Origin: Lytechinus pictus
Taxonomy: Eukaryota
NCBI RefSeq assembly: GCF_037042905.1
Contig: NC_087245.1
Coordinates: forward strand, 39,310,001-39,374,000
Direction of reading: 5' to 3'
DNA: 64,000 bases
The notes below the pieces were generated by a model. The model was not told where the DNA came from and did no database searches. It saw only the letters and a program-made list of their open reading frames with translations. A program made the position numbers and the translations under genes. The first letter of the stretch is position 1; every line of letters begins with the position of its first letter. Below, piece after piece: positions 1 through 12,158 of this stretch.

Positions 1-537
1 TTTGTGGCCAGTATCTCTAACACTACAGGTTCGATTTATCAGCTTATCTGTTAGAATATGGGAATAACACTGAAATAGTTTTCTTTACCATTGTAGCACG
101 GTGGAAGAGCAAATACATTGTTATTAATATTATTTTTAAATTCATTTTTGGCTTCCCATAATTTTAGCTCAGAGTTAATATATTAATAATAAAATATTAG
201 ACTGAGAAGAAATTTCATCGTGTTAAATAACAAAAGAGGACCAGGCAGCAGCGAGGCATACTACAAATAGGATGTCCCCTTGATCGGTTATGAAAAAAAA
301 AAAAAAAACAAGTTTGCCTAACACCACAGAGTTAAACAATTTTCTGGGCCCTTTCATGGGTCCCAAAATTTTGAAAACCTGAAATCCAACATCGGGTAAT
401 ACAAATATTTCTAAGAATATGGTTTTACCGCCCCTTCCAGATTAGTGGCAGTTTCTTTATATTGGTTGTACCATGGACCTGCTAGTAGGTCCATGGTTGT
501 ACATTAGACAGGTCTCCCTTGCAAAACATCCCAATTG

Positions 538-1022
538 GGGTTACACTTCGTAATTCCAAAGGTTCGTAATTCCGAAACACGTAAATTGCCTATACCTCGA
601 TGTTCGTTAATCCGAAAACGTAAAAGGGTTCGTTAATCCGAACATTTGTGGCGTTATTCCAAAGGTTCGATAATCCGAAAACGAAATAAGGTTCGATGTT
701 CCGAAGGTTCGTTAGTCCGAAAACGAAATAAGGTTCGATGTTCCGAAGGTTCGTTAGTCCGAAAACGAAATAAGGTTCGTTGTTCCGAAGGTTCGTTAGT
801 CCGAAAACAAAATAAGGTTCGTTAATCATTACGTTTTCGGACTAACGAACCTTCGGAATTACGAACCTTATTTCGTTTTCGGATTAACGAATCTTCGGAA
901 TTACGAACCTCATTTCGTTTTCGGATTGACGAACCTTCGGAATTACGAACCTTCGAAAATACGATCCTTCGGAATAACCGAACCTTCGGAATAACGGAGC
1001 TTCGGAATTACGAATGTATGCG
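538..1022. mobile_element. Foldback-like element: inverted arrays of tandem 15-16/26/42 bp subrepeats
   Basis: 548-826 repeats GGTTCGTTAGTCCGAAAACGAAATAA/GGTTCGATGTTCCGAA with a 42 bp period. 833-1014 repeats the reverse complement (TTCGGAATTACGAACC). Confidence 0.8.
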
Positions 1023-4000
1023 AACAATTGGATCGAACGGGACCACCCTTGTCTTTTTGAAGAAAACGTAAATGAATGAATGAATAAAATAATTTGTAAG
1101 TTGATAAATAAATGAATAGATAAATAAGTGAATAAATAGATATATGAATAACATAGAACGAATAAATAAAAATAGGTTAAACCTGGTCACGCCAGTAATA
1201 TTGCCTACCCTCCTAAGTTTTATAACCTAGTTCTGCATTGGTAACCTTTCTTTATTGTATATCAAGTGAGTCGATTTCTAGTCACTCATATATGGGATAA
1301 CACACATCATCGTCTGTTATTGATCGATAAGTATCGAACGATTGTTTACAGATAGCATACATTATGTAGGTCTGGTATGTTCTTTTCATGCAATGATTTT
1401 GTTTTTCTTTGGTCCTCGCTTTGCTTTTATATTCTGTATTTCTTTCAATAACATTCAGATGGGGGGCATGGATCCCCTGAATTTTCACGACCAATGGGAA
1501 GAAAGGAGAAAAGGAAATAAAAAATAACAAAATGGAACGAAAAGGGGTGAAGCATGATAATTGTTTTTTTAATACTATGTCAAAATCTAACACAGAATTA
1601 GCTTTTTGTTTTTAAACAGTCATTTCTTTGCTCACTCGCTTTGGTATTTAGAAAGTTTGCCCCCATACGCCATGTCTGGGCACCCTCAAAGTTCTTGGCT
1701 CATCACGCTATTGTCGCGCCCTCCCAATTTTCTTAAATGTTCCAAGTGTATTTTCGGATATCACTAAATAGTCGATATTTTTCAATTAGTTTAATATCTT
1801 GACACCATTGTGCAGAGACATGTTCTCTGAAATGCATGTGTGTTTTTCTTACAATTTATGCATATCAAAAGGGAAGGATTGGGTTCTATTCTTTAAAACC
1901 TCAATGATTCACCAATGCTAGCCCTGGAAATTGGCAAATAATTATTGAAAACTGGATACCAAGTTTTAAGTAAAACATATCAGGGTATATAGGTCTACTG
2001 ACTGAATTCAGAAATGGGTGTGAATGTACTTGGCTATAACAAATGCACAACGTCTTTCAATTATGAATGAAAACAAAAATTAATGTTCAAAGAAAGCATA
2101 TCTCCAGAAGGCATTGCTTCACTGCGCAACATACTGTCATGACTGTTGTTGATGCCCACTTACACCGGTGAAGCCGACGCCAGCCCGACCAAAGCCACGG
2201 CATTATTTCCGTTGACAAACCATTGGACGATTTCGTGTCGGGTAACTTATTTTTCGTAGGTGTAATTGAAGCATTGGCGGTGTGTTGAAGCGTGCAGATA
2301 ACAAACACACGAAAACTTGCAAAATAAAATCGGTTGAATGTTCACCTATGGTGTATGAAACCCCCAAATTAACAAAGGTATACATTCCAAGGCGTGTCAA
2401 ACAAATACGACCATTTATACCTACGCAAATAGTTAGGGGAGTTGAACAAAATCAATGTTATTGTGATGGAAACAACATATGTATGATAACACACAGTAAT
2501 ATAATGTGTATCGAAAACTTGAAGCAGTATTCAACAGTTTAAATGATACATTTGCTTTTTAGCTCCCCCCCCCATCCACCCACCCCGTGAATAGCGAGTT
2601 TGGTGAATGGCAAAATTTGCAAAGTTAAAAAAAAAACACGCAACAACAATAGAGTATAGAATAAGATTTACAGTAGAGTATGATAAGATTTACACTGTAT
2701 TTATCTGAAGCTTCTCATTGTCGTTGATGGATAGCACCAATAATTTACCAAAGTAGTATATGGCGTGTATAAATGCGATGGGGTGGGGCGCGGGTGCGGG
2801 GGTCGCTTGGTGGCGGTAGAAAATGGTTTAATTTTGATGATAGCATACATTGATAGATACCTTTTTTCTGCCTTAATTTTACTCCCATCATAATTCTAAA
2901 AAAAAAAAAAAAACAGTTTGCGTGTTTGCAGAATTTTCTTGTTATTTGAATTTAATGTTAGCATGATTAATGAAATGGAAAGAAATTAAATCGATTCAAT
3001 TCACCTAACTTTCCTGAACCGGATACACGGTTGCATGATACATTAAATGTTTATATTCAAAGTAGATTTCAGCAAATTTATAAGGTTACCAATCGCCTAG
3101 CATACTGTATAGCGTTATACTTTTTCCTGACATACAAACATCCCAACACTGATAAAGTGCAATCTTATGGGGTCAGCGAAATATAATCTGGAGAGCCAAT
3201 CTAAACATAGAAAACTAATATTTTAAGAGATTGGCACGAATGATAAGTAATTCAAGATTGTAAAACATATTCGGGGTGAGGATTTTGCGGGGTGGAAGAA
3301 AATAGGATTAAATTTTGTGGCCTTTCAGTTTGTTATTGCTTAGAGCTAAAACAAATTTTTGCTGCTTATCATTTTCATTTCAAAGTAGTCTAAGTAGATT
3401 ATAACGCTGGTATAGATGATATCATGTTTGATGATTTTAGAGATTTAGGAATATGGAGGGGGAGGGGTGAGTGTGTTTGTATGTGTCAGACAGAGAGAGA
3501 GAGGGGGAGTGTGTGTGTGTGATAAGGGATGGACTGGGTGCACAAAAAAAGGTAAAGGGGTATAAACAGTAAAAGGACAAGAGTAAAAGAGAGACACACA
3601 GAGAAAATATGTAATGACGGAAAAGGAAATATGACGAGGTAAAGCATTGAAATCCAACAAAACTTATTCAAATGAAATACAAAAGAAAAAGAACAAAAAA
3701 AAGGAGAAAGAGAAGGGAAAATGAAGAAGAGTATTAAAGTAGAATCGTGTAACTCTCTATCATCCCAGCTTGAATTCGATTGAAAAAAATGTCAATGTTG
3801 CAGCCCCCACACCTTGACAAAATTCCCTAGCGCCGCCCCTGTGAACATCTTTATTAGATTCACAGTCAAGTGATATTTTTTTTGTTTGTTTTTAGCTTTA
3901 ATCATCTTGATAATGGCGTGCATACCTAGGCCTACTGGTTTACGTATGAACCTACAGACCTCGAACTCAAGAATGTTCGACTTCTCAGACCTGGGCTGCG

Positions 4001-4740
4001 TAACTCAAATACAAGGTTACAAATATGATAGATCAATTCTGATTGATTCTTAGTCAGTTTTTGCAACCAAATGCGCATGTAACAGTGAATTTGATTGGTC
4101 AGTGTCATTAAGCGACTGGTTGCAAACCTCTGCTCCGTAACTCTTGGACGCCGACCCAAAGCCAAAAGTACACGTTCTTGCATTTTGCCTAGCAGTTTTT
4201 ATTTTTTTGCTTTGGTCTTTCTCTATTGTGATGGAATTAGTTTTTTTCTTCCCATTTTTGGTCACATTTTGGAAGGACGAGAAGTAATTTGAGCTTACTT
4301 TAGAGAGGAGCAGGGACCTTTTCACCCCAAGTGAGTTCCCTAATTTCTTGAGAACCCTTTTATCAAAATTCTTCACATTTCAGGAAAGAAACGTTCGCAT
4401 TAAACTTGGATTTCACGCTCTCCTTGCCTGCACGCTTCTAAATGAAAACATGCGGATATATAGGTGGAAAATATTATTGCAGTGATGGACAGCGTTGAAG
4501 TTTGAAAACTTCGTCTTATACGAGCGTATGCCTGCTGGGTCAGTAAATGCTCCTATGTCGGGCTTCATTCACCGCATGTTGACATGATAAACTGGAATTT
4601 TCCCTGCCTACAATGGCGTTTATTTGCCCCGCGGGCGTGTTCCATCCACGAGTGGGCAGAATTAGAATTTTCACTGTTGTGATGCAAACTCATTATACAC
4701 CAAACTTGTCGAATCGGATCGAATTTTGGCGGATGTTTAA

Positions 4741-5189
4741 AGGGGAAGTTCACCCTGAGAAAAGTTTATTGTAAAAATAGCAGAAAATATATTGCCGAAG
4801 GTTTGAGAAAAATCCATTAACAAATAGAAATAAAAAGTTGTTGAAATTTTTTGCGAGCAGCTTTCCTACAAATCGTATGGAAAAAAAAATCAATGACATG
4901 AAAATTGAAAATGTTTCTTTTACTGTACCTTCAGTATATCAATCGACAAATCATTTTAAACTTGTTCCTAAAAAGAAAACAAAAACAAGTCACCACGAAC
5001 CATAAAAAAACTGAAATTTATGCATTTTGATATTACATAACTTACGGGGCAGCTGCTCGTTTATGACGCGACAAATCAAAAACTTTAATCTTAATCTTAA
5101 AATGATTTTCCTCAAACCTTCACCAATATTTTTTTAAATTATTTTTTCTGCTTTTTACAACAAAATTATCTTAAGGGTGAACTTCCCCT
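4741..5189. mobile_element. Non-autonomous DNA transposon (Kolobok-like MITE)
   Basis: Perfect 16 bp TIR AGGGGAAGTTCACCCT (4741-4756) / AGGGTGAACTTCCCCT (5174-5189). TTAA on the left; the right TSD is degenerate. Confidence 0.75.
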
Positions 5190-5478
5190 GTCAAGCCACC
5201 CCATTTTTAATTAAATTTGAATAAAAAGCGAAGAAGACACGAAATTGGATCTTTATTATCAAAAATCGGAAATCCGATGTAAAATGTCTGTTCATTCAAT
5301 AAAAGGACGCCACCAATTCAAGTTGAGTTCAATCTTGTCAGTTGTGGGAAGGAAATTAAAATATGCCATAAAATACAATACAAAAATGGGGAGTGTGTGA
5401 CGTCACCGTTACTCTCATTTTTATACCACTGTGATATACATATTACTGTTCACATGTAGTTGAAATATTGGAAACTTT

Positions 5479-5564
5479 ATGACGGAGAACATTATCGACA
5501 TCGAAAACGGGTTTAATAAATAATTATTAAACCCGTTTTCGATGACGATAATGTTCTTCGTTAT
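5479..5564. repeat. 41 bp-arm inverted repeat (hairpin)
   Basis: Arms 5479-5519 and 5524-5564, 38/41 Watson-Crick pairs, 4-nt loop. Confidence 0.9.
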
Positions 5565-5722
5565 TCAGGTTTGATTTTTTTCTCTCTCTATATTCCTATA
5601 CAATTCAACTTTTCTTGGGTAGATTTGGTGTGTTTTATGTCTAATTATACCTATCGAGTTGTCTCAGATCACTTAATATTTTGCTTATGATGACGTGACT
5701 TACAAAATTGTCTCAAGACAGA

Positions 5723-5948
5723 CAAAATGGTTCGGTGTAAAAGTAGCAGAGGTGGCACGGCAAAAAATGGCAGAGGTAAAAATGGCAGAGTTAAAATGAC
5801 AGAGTTAAGAATGACAAAGGCAAAAAATGGCAGAGATGAAAATGACAGATGGAAAAAGTGGCAGAGATAAAAAGAAAAATGGCAGAGACAAAAGGGCTGA
5901 GTCAAAAATGGCAGAGATAAAATGGCAGTAGTAAAATGGCAGAGGTAA
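5723..5948. repeat. Short minisatellite of AAAATGGCAGAG-based ~14-15 bp units
   Basis: About a dozen AAAATG(G/A)CAGAG units in tandem. Confidence 0.85.
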
Positions 5949-7374
5949 AAAAAAAATAAGAGCTGCATTCATAACCCTAAATAATTGGTGAATTCAGGCT
6001 TTCGGGGCCTATCATGTATCAAAAAATTACATGTACCTAATAATCACGTTAACGTGAAATAGATGTTTATCATTTAGTTTCTATTTATTTTGTATTTATC
6101 ACCATTTGATGACATTTAAGGTTGGTGCTCGTGTATACAATAGTTGCTGGTGTTCTCTATAGTGCAGTATTAAATATGTAAGTTTTAATGTAGGCGTGTC
6201 GATGTACATGTATCAGCGCATGAGCGAGGGTTCCGTGACTTGGTGGTGTATACCATGAAGGTGTGGGTGTGGTGCGCATATCACACTACAGAATGGCGAG
6301 CGAGTATGGTAGCTTCGAGTTGCAAATCTAACACGGTTCAAGGTGACATCTGCCATTCTTTCCAGGTCATATTCCGGCTACTGTAAGGCAAGAGCAAAGT
6401 CAACACCGCTCTCTCTCTCTCTCTAAAAAAAAAAATCAGTTTGCGCAGCTCCGAGATCATCCAAATATTGTATCAGTTTTTGGTGGAATTTTATTGTGAC
6501 TCAAATTACCACTTTCTCGCTGCCGTGGGAAAGTGGACTTCGAGAAAATTTCGTATGAATTGAGACACTTATTTCTGACAGATTAATCCCCATTCAACTA
6601 ATGGACCACACGATTATATACATTTGCCTATTGAATTTAAGTGTCATTGATTGATTGGTTACATAAAAATGCTTTTAACTGCATGATTAGAATCTGTATA
6701 TGCAATCATGGAATGAACTTTCCTCAACGTGCAATCGTATTTTGCCGTGTTTACAACATATTGTTAGTGTTTTCTCTACATATCTGACGATATATCTCTC
6801 ATTCTCTTATTCATAAGGATAACCAATATTTCATCTAATATGAAATAAATCTAATTCACTAAGAAACTTTCATAAGGGCTTGAAATTAATGTTCATATTT
6901 AAGTATGACGTATAATCCTTCACCAGTTCGACAATACACCAGACGGTGGCCTGTACTGTTTCCAGAAGAAGAAGAAGAAGACATCAGTAAGATATTATTG
7001 TCAAAGCATGGTGTACTATCGGCAATATAAAAAATTGTGTACATACGCCAAGTGAGATTCGCATGCCATGGTAGTTCAAAAAAGATAAATAGGTCGATTT
7101 AAAACTATATTACTGAAAATTTTGATTAAGAAAATCATTTGATTACTACTTTTTTTTATGGGCGAAATAAATATTTGAGTGTATGTCTTATCTTCATAAA
7201 TTAAAGTTATATTGATATTTTTTTTACTGCCTGTCTTTGTTTGTTAAAGGTTAAAATCTTTATTTCAGCACAATGCCACCTTTTCCTTTCATTTCACACA
7301 GAAACAGCGACAACCATAGCTGAAAAAGTTGGCGTCAAACCAGAATAATTTAGTCTTCCGCGCACCTGACCAAC

Positions 7375-10300
7375 ATGACAGCCAAGGCAAACGTAAAGGA
7401 CATCCAATGGTCCCGTCAGCAGTATTCCTTGAGAGAGGCCATCAAGAGATGTACTTTCCCTCAGATTATGAAGGTGGTAGAGGGGTATGAGTCGTCCGAT
7501 GAGACAGAGACGTTGGCTCGAGGACAGGTAAGATTAGCGGGTATAGCTAGGTATGTAGGTTTGCACGAGGTCCATTGCCTGGAAGGTAGAGATATTCTGA
7601 AGGTCCAATGGTTCATTAATCGGAACGTTCATAGATCCGAAGCCTCTTTTTTCCAAATGTTTATTTGGATTCGTAATTGTTCTAAAGGATCGAAAATCCG
7701 AAAATGAAATAATGATTCTTTAGTTAACAATCTTTATTTTTACTAACGAACCTTTTTTTATTTTCGAACTATTAAACCTTATCTTATTGTCGGATTAACG
7801 AAATTTTAGAATAATACACTGGCGTACAGATGGGGGGGGGGGGCTCTTGGCCTCCAAATTGTTTACGACCCCAAAAAGAGACAATAGGAAGGAAAACGAA
7901 AGGGAATAGGGTGAAATATTATAATATTTTCTGAATATTATGTCAAAATCTATTACAAACTTTAATTTTTGTAATGAATATGTCAAAATCTTTGCCCGCT
8001 CGCAACTTTTTATTAATTTACGCGATACGCCATATCGAGCCCTCTCAATATTTTTGGCTCATCACGCCACTGGAATAGTGTCACAAGCGTTTGGTTTAAA
8101 GAACTAGTAAAGATCTTAGTATATGCAATCTGCGGAATATGAACCTCGTTGTTTCTTATTTTGTACGTAAGATTTTTTTTCTCCCTTGCTTCTATGATTG
8201 GTCTGCTGAAAAGGATGTTCATATTTTAGATGATTCAAAGTTGGATTATGTTAATCTCTATCGCTTCTTAAGCTAAGAGCTGAAAAAATAGTTCATTAAT
8301 TTCATGTAATTTTAGCTATTTTCGTTATCATGAACATCTTGTTTATATTTATCTGCTCAGATTCTTCGTATACATCAAATCCACACCCAGACCAGAGTCT
8401 TGGCAACGACAGACAAAAAAGGAAGATGGCTAAGTATTCCCCTCCGGTACGCCGAAGCAAGGTTCGAAGTCGTGTCGAGTGGAAAACGTGAGAGAAGATC
8501 CTATTTCTTTCAATCTACCATGCAATGGACTAGACAATGGTCCTTGTATTACATGTATTTGGTGTATATGTCTATACTAATATTCATTTAAATTAATTCG
8601 AATCTAAAAACAAAATACATGTACATGTAAAACATCGTTGCAAATTAATGTTGGTACATAGCAATATTAAGTTGACAAGATTACTGCCTTTGTTCTAAAA
8701 CAGACTTCGAACTAACTAAATGATAATATGCACTTCTTGCATAGCGCATATCACTTTATGATTGTTATTACCCCGGCTTTATATACGTTTATCTCACTTT
8801 CACTTTATTATCTATGGTCAAGTGAATGTTTTCATTTGTTTATAAAATGTTCACAGTTTGCAGAGTCAGGAATTTGACTTTGATGGTAATTTCAAAACAT
8901 AATAACATGATAACGATGAATGCAGAGACTTCCTTCCATATCCCTCATTCACCCTCCTAATTAACGAAAATTTCAAAAGTTAGTGCATTCAATTATGCAC
9001 TTTATAGGCTATTGGTTGTGAAACGCCTGTTAGGAAAGTTGAGGGGTTGTTAAGCATTATTCGACATTCATACCAACGAAACAGTCTCAAAACCGACCAA
9101 TGGTATGTCATTGATGATTACGTAAATGAATTGGTCGGTCTGGAGTCCGTTTTGCAAGTGTGGTGTGCTAAACTTATAGTTTTCGCTTGTTCAACCACAA
9201 CATCCTTCTACCTTGGTTCACAGGTTCGAAGGCCATGTACATGCGAGAGATCATCGACAAGTCACTACTGCCGCAGAAGGTCCATTTCTTCACAGGAGAC
9301 GATCTCACCTTCCACCTTCAGCTCAAGAGCAACGTGCCGAACGCCAAGGAGAAGTTTGGCGCCCTCACTCTGCAGAAAATGTACGAGACGGGATATCTCC
9401 AAGGCAACGCTATTCAGAACGGTAAGGATTCGGTGACTGAAGTGACGACTGCAAGATCCCAAAGATCTGCCATGATGAAGATTGTGATGACGATAAAAGT
9501 GATAACTTTGCTGCCGCTGTTACTGGCTGCTGTTGCTGCTGCTGCTAATAATGATGATGACGACGACAAAGATGATGGTGATGATTGTGGTGTTGACCAT
9601 GAGTTTATGATATTGACATCTATGACAATAATGGTGGTGATGATGATGATGATGATGACGATGATGATGATGATGATGATGATGATGTTGATGATGATGA
9701 TGAAGATGATGAAGATGATGATGATGATAATCATTATTATTAGGATAGTGGTTGTAGTCGTAGTGATGGTGATGACGATGATAGTAATTAAGCATGAATG
9801 AAAAAATGACCGATCGAGAATTGGTAGGCCTAGATAAACTACTCCACCCGAATCATTTATCATTGAATATCGTGTCGTTTTGTATATCAAATGAGGCACC
9901 TCCCGCTTATTTATTAAAGTCAAAGTTATCACGAAACACATACCCAGGGCTTTGTCTCATACAATAAAGTTATCCTTATCATCTAATGGTATTAATATCA
10001 TGCTCTTCATGTAATCAAAACAAAATGAAGCTACCAATAATGACAAAGTTACGATCGTAGTGATTCATATGTGGCATTGTCAATTGAATAATGAGTGTAT
10101 TGTTCTTTTTTTAGATCACTTGGACACCATGATCCTCAACATCCCTCTTCATTCACCTGTATCGGTGGTCCTAGCCGAGTCTTTCATCGTCGGGTCTAGA
10201 GAGAGATGGGAACGGTACCAGACTCTGCTTGATAAAATTGTTTCCAAGAATGTCGTCTTTGAACTCCATCCTGGCAATCCACGTAAGACTCGATTTATGA

Positions 10301-12158
10301 TATTATTTTGATAACCATGTTCTGTTTAAACTTTGCGTCATGTAACCATAGAGATATAGCTCCCGATAGGACAGTATCTTAGAGTGAACAAGAAATATTT
10401 AGAATATTCTTCATGTCGTGTTTTTTTTTTATCGATGCAACATGCCGTGTTATATTGCACTAAATATGTCCCCCTAATCTTAATAATTTAATGAAAGTAA
10501 CTTTGAATTATTTCTTTTGTATTCTAGATATCACATTTTTTACGGACAAAGGATTGGAATCTGCAAATCAACAGGAGCAATACGAAAAGATCACTCCCTC
10601 GGGAACTCTCTTCATCATGACAAAAAATGAACGGTTAAAACAGAACAAAGGTTCTGGGAGTATGCTTTCTGGTCCAAGTGGTGCGAGGACATTGTCCGCA
10701 GTGTTTGCAGGCAAGGCGCCCAAGGACCGCGATAATGCTTCAGTTCAAGCAGGAGAGAGGCAAGGAAGACCGGTCCTGCGACACGCACAGTCAGATCTGA
10801 ATGAAGGTTCGTCTTTTATTGCTAGCAGACCAAGGATGCAATCTCCTGGAAGGCCGTTGTCCAGTAAGGTCACGTCAGTTCATGGTACAATGCCAAGGTC
10901 CATCTTGAAGAAGGATTCTGCAGATGATCGGTTTCCACCCCCTCCTGCAGAGCTGCTGATGAGCGTCAATTCGGTTCACAACCCAATGGCATTCAAGCGT
11001 GACAACAGGCCACAGTCTCCCCCTGCACAACAGGGTGTGCGCGGGCGCACATCCCACTCGCCTGGCCGCTTGGACGCCAGAGCGAAGAGTCCTATAAGGG
11101 TTGACTACCCAAGGCCGGCGAATACAAGTTCGTCACCCAGAGGTTCAGGGTCTAGCATGAACAGCATTGCAGACTCGGGGTACTCCACGGCTTCCAGTAA
11201 TGACCCCCGAGGTAGACCCGGTGGTAAAGAGTTCCTTGGCAAACTACCCGATCCCGATTATGACGCTGATCCAGTTGTGGCAAATGGAAGAGGAGGGGAT
11301 TTCGTTGACCATCCTATGCAATCAAGCCCCCTGCCTCCAGCACCACCTCCTCTAGGAACTATACCTTCGAAGCAGAACATCCCAAATGGAGTACCTGCAG
11401 CGCCCCCTCCACCTGCACCTGCGGTACCTGGTGCACCTCCGCCACCTCCCATTGGATTTACTTCACCACCACAACCACCAAAATATGGCGATGTGGCTAA
11501 GATCAAGGCCAGCCAATCCCCTTCACAAAGTCCAAGAAATAAACCTCAGATGAATACAGGGAACTCCAGAGATGATATGCTACAAGAGCTTAAAATGAAA
11601 GCGGAGAGACGTGCATCCAGGCTCGAGGGACTCGTGCCTTCCAATAAGCCGCCAAGCTTCGGAAACAAGTCTTCCCCAAGAGGCAGCATTTCATCACCAA
11701 GATTGATAAACAACAATAATGAACCAAGCAATGAACTGCAGGCTCGTCTAGCCAAACGTTTTTCACAGGCTGAAGGTGCCGGCTCGGAGCAGAATAGCTT
11801 TACAAAGACGCCACCAACGCCAGCTGCCAAACCAACTTCCAGACTAACGAACTCGAAGACCACTCCTGTCACTTCAAAGTTTGGAGCAGCCCGAAACTCC
11901 CCAAAGACCGATAGTGTCACGTTTGACTCATTAGCTGGTGTCCCCAAGGACTTGAGTTCTCTCTCGGTCTCACAAGTCTGCCAGTGTCTTAAGCTGATGA
12001 ACCTTGAAAAATACAGTGCGGCTTTCAAGAGTAATTCTGTTGATGGGCAATTGATGTTACAGCTCAACCAAGAAGCGTTAGTAGACAGTTTCAAACTCAA
12101 CAACTGGGACGCAAAACGAGTCGAATCGTTTATCAAGGGATGGAGGCCCAAGTATTGA
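7375..12158 (+). CDS. Gene A: CABIT-like + Pro-rich + C-terminal SAM adaptor (GAREM-like), 5 coding exons, 758 aa
   Basis: Exons 7375-7527, 8361-8487, 9224-9421, 10115-10282, 10528-12158. All introns are GT-AG, phases 0,1,1,1, and the joined frame is open (2277 nt). The N-terminus (VKDIQWSRQQYSL...FPQIMKV...ILRIH...LSIPLRYAEARFEV) resembles the GAREM/Themis CABIT start. The C-terminus (PKDLSSLSVSQVCQCLKLMNL...VDGQLMLQL...ESFIKGWRPKY) resembles the GAREM SAM ending in GWRPK. A probable 5'UTR acceptor lies at 7300-7301. Confidence 0.9.
7590..7810. repeat. Degenerate copy of the same foldback-like family in gene A intron 1
   Basis: Motifs GTTCATTAATCGGAA, TTCGTAATT and AATCCGAAAATGAAATAA, followed by the inverse motifs ACTAACGAACCTT and CGGATTAACGAA. 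Confidence 0.55.
7817..8072. mobile_element. hAT-like MITE in gene A intron 1; related fragment at ~1450-1713
   Basis: Ends CACTGGCGT...CACGCCACTG with an imperfect 8 bp TSD (GAATAATA/GAATAGTG). The internal TATGTCAAAATCTA and TTGGCTCATCACGC are shared with 1450-1713. Confidence 0.55.
9545..9790. repeat. (ATG)n microsatellite in gene A intron 3
   Basis: Long ATG/GTG triplet run; source of the poly-Met, poly-His and poly-Ile ORFs. Confidence 0.95.

Noticed and set aside
590..829. 79 aa ORF with 14 aa repeats
   Set aside because: It is a translation of the 42 bp tandem unit of the foldback-like element.
3932..4753. Several short overlapping ORFs and a CCAAT/TGCGCATG patch
   Set aside because: I could not recognise a protein motif or consistent splice structure; it may be an old repeat.
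9422..9941. Poly-Met, poly-Ile and poly-His ORFs
   Set aside because: Read-through into an intronic (ATG)n microsatellite past the GTAAGG donor at 9422.
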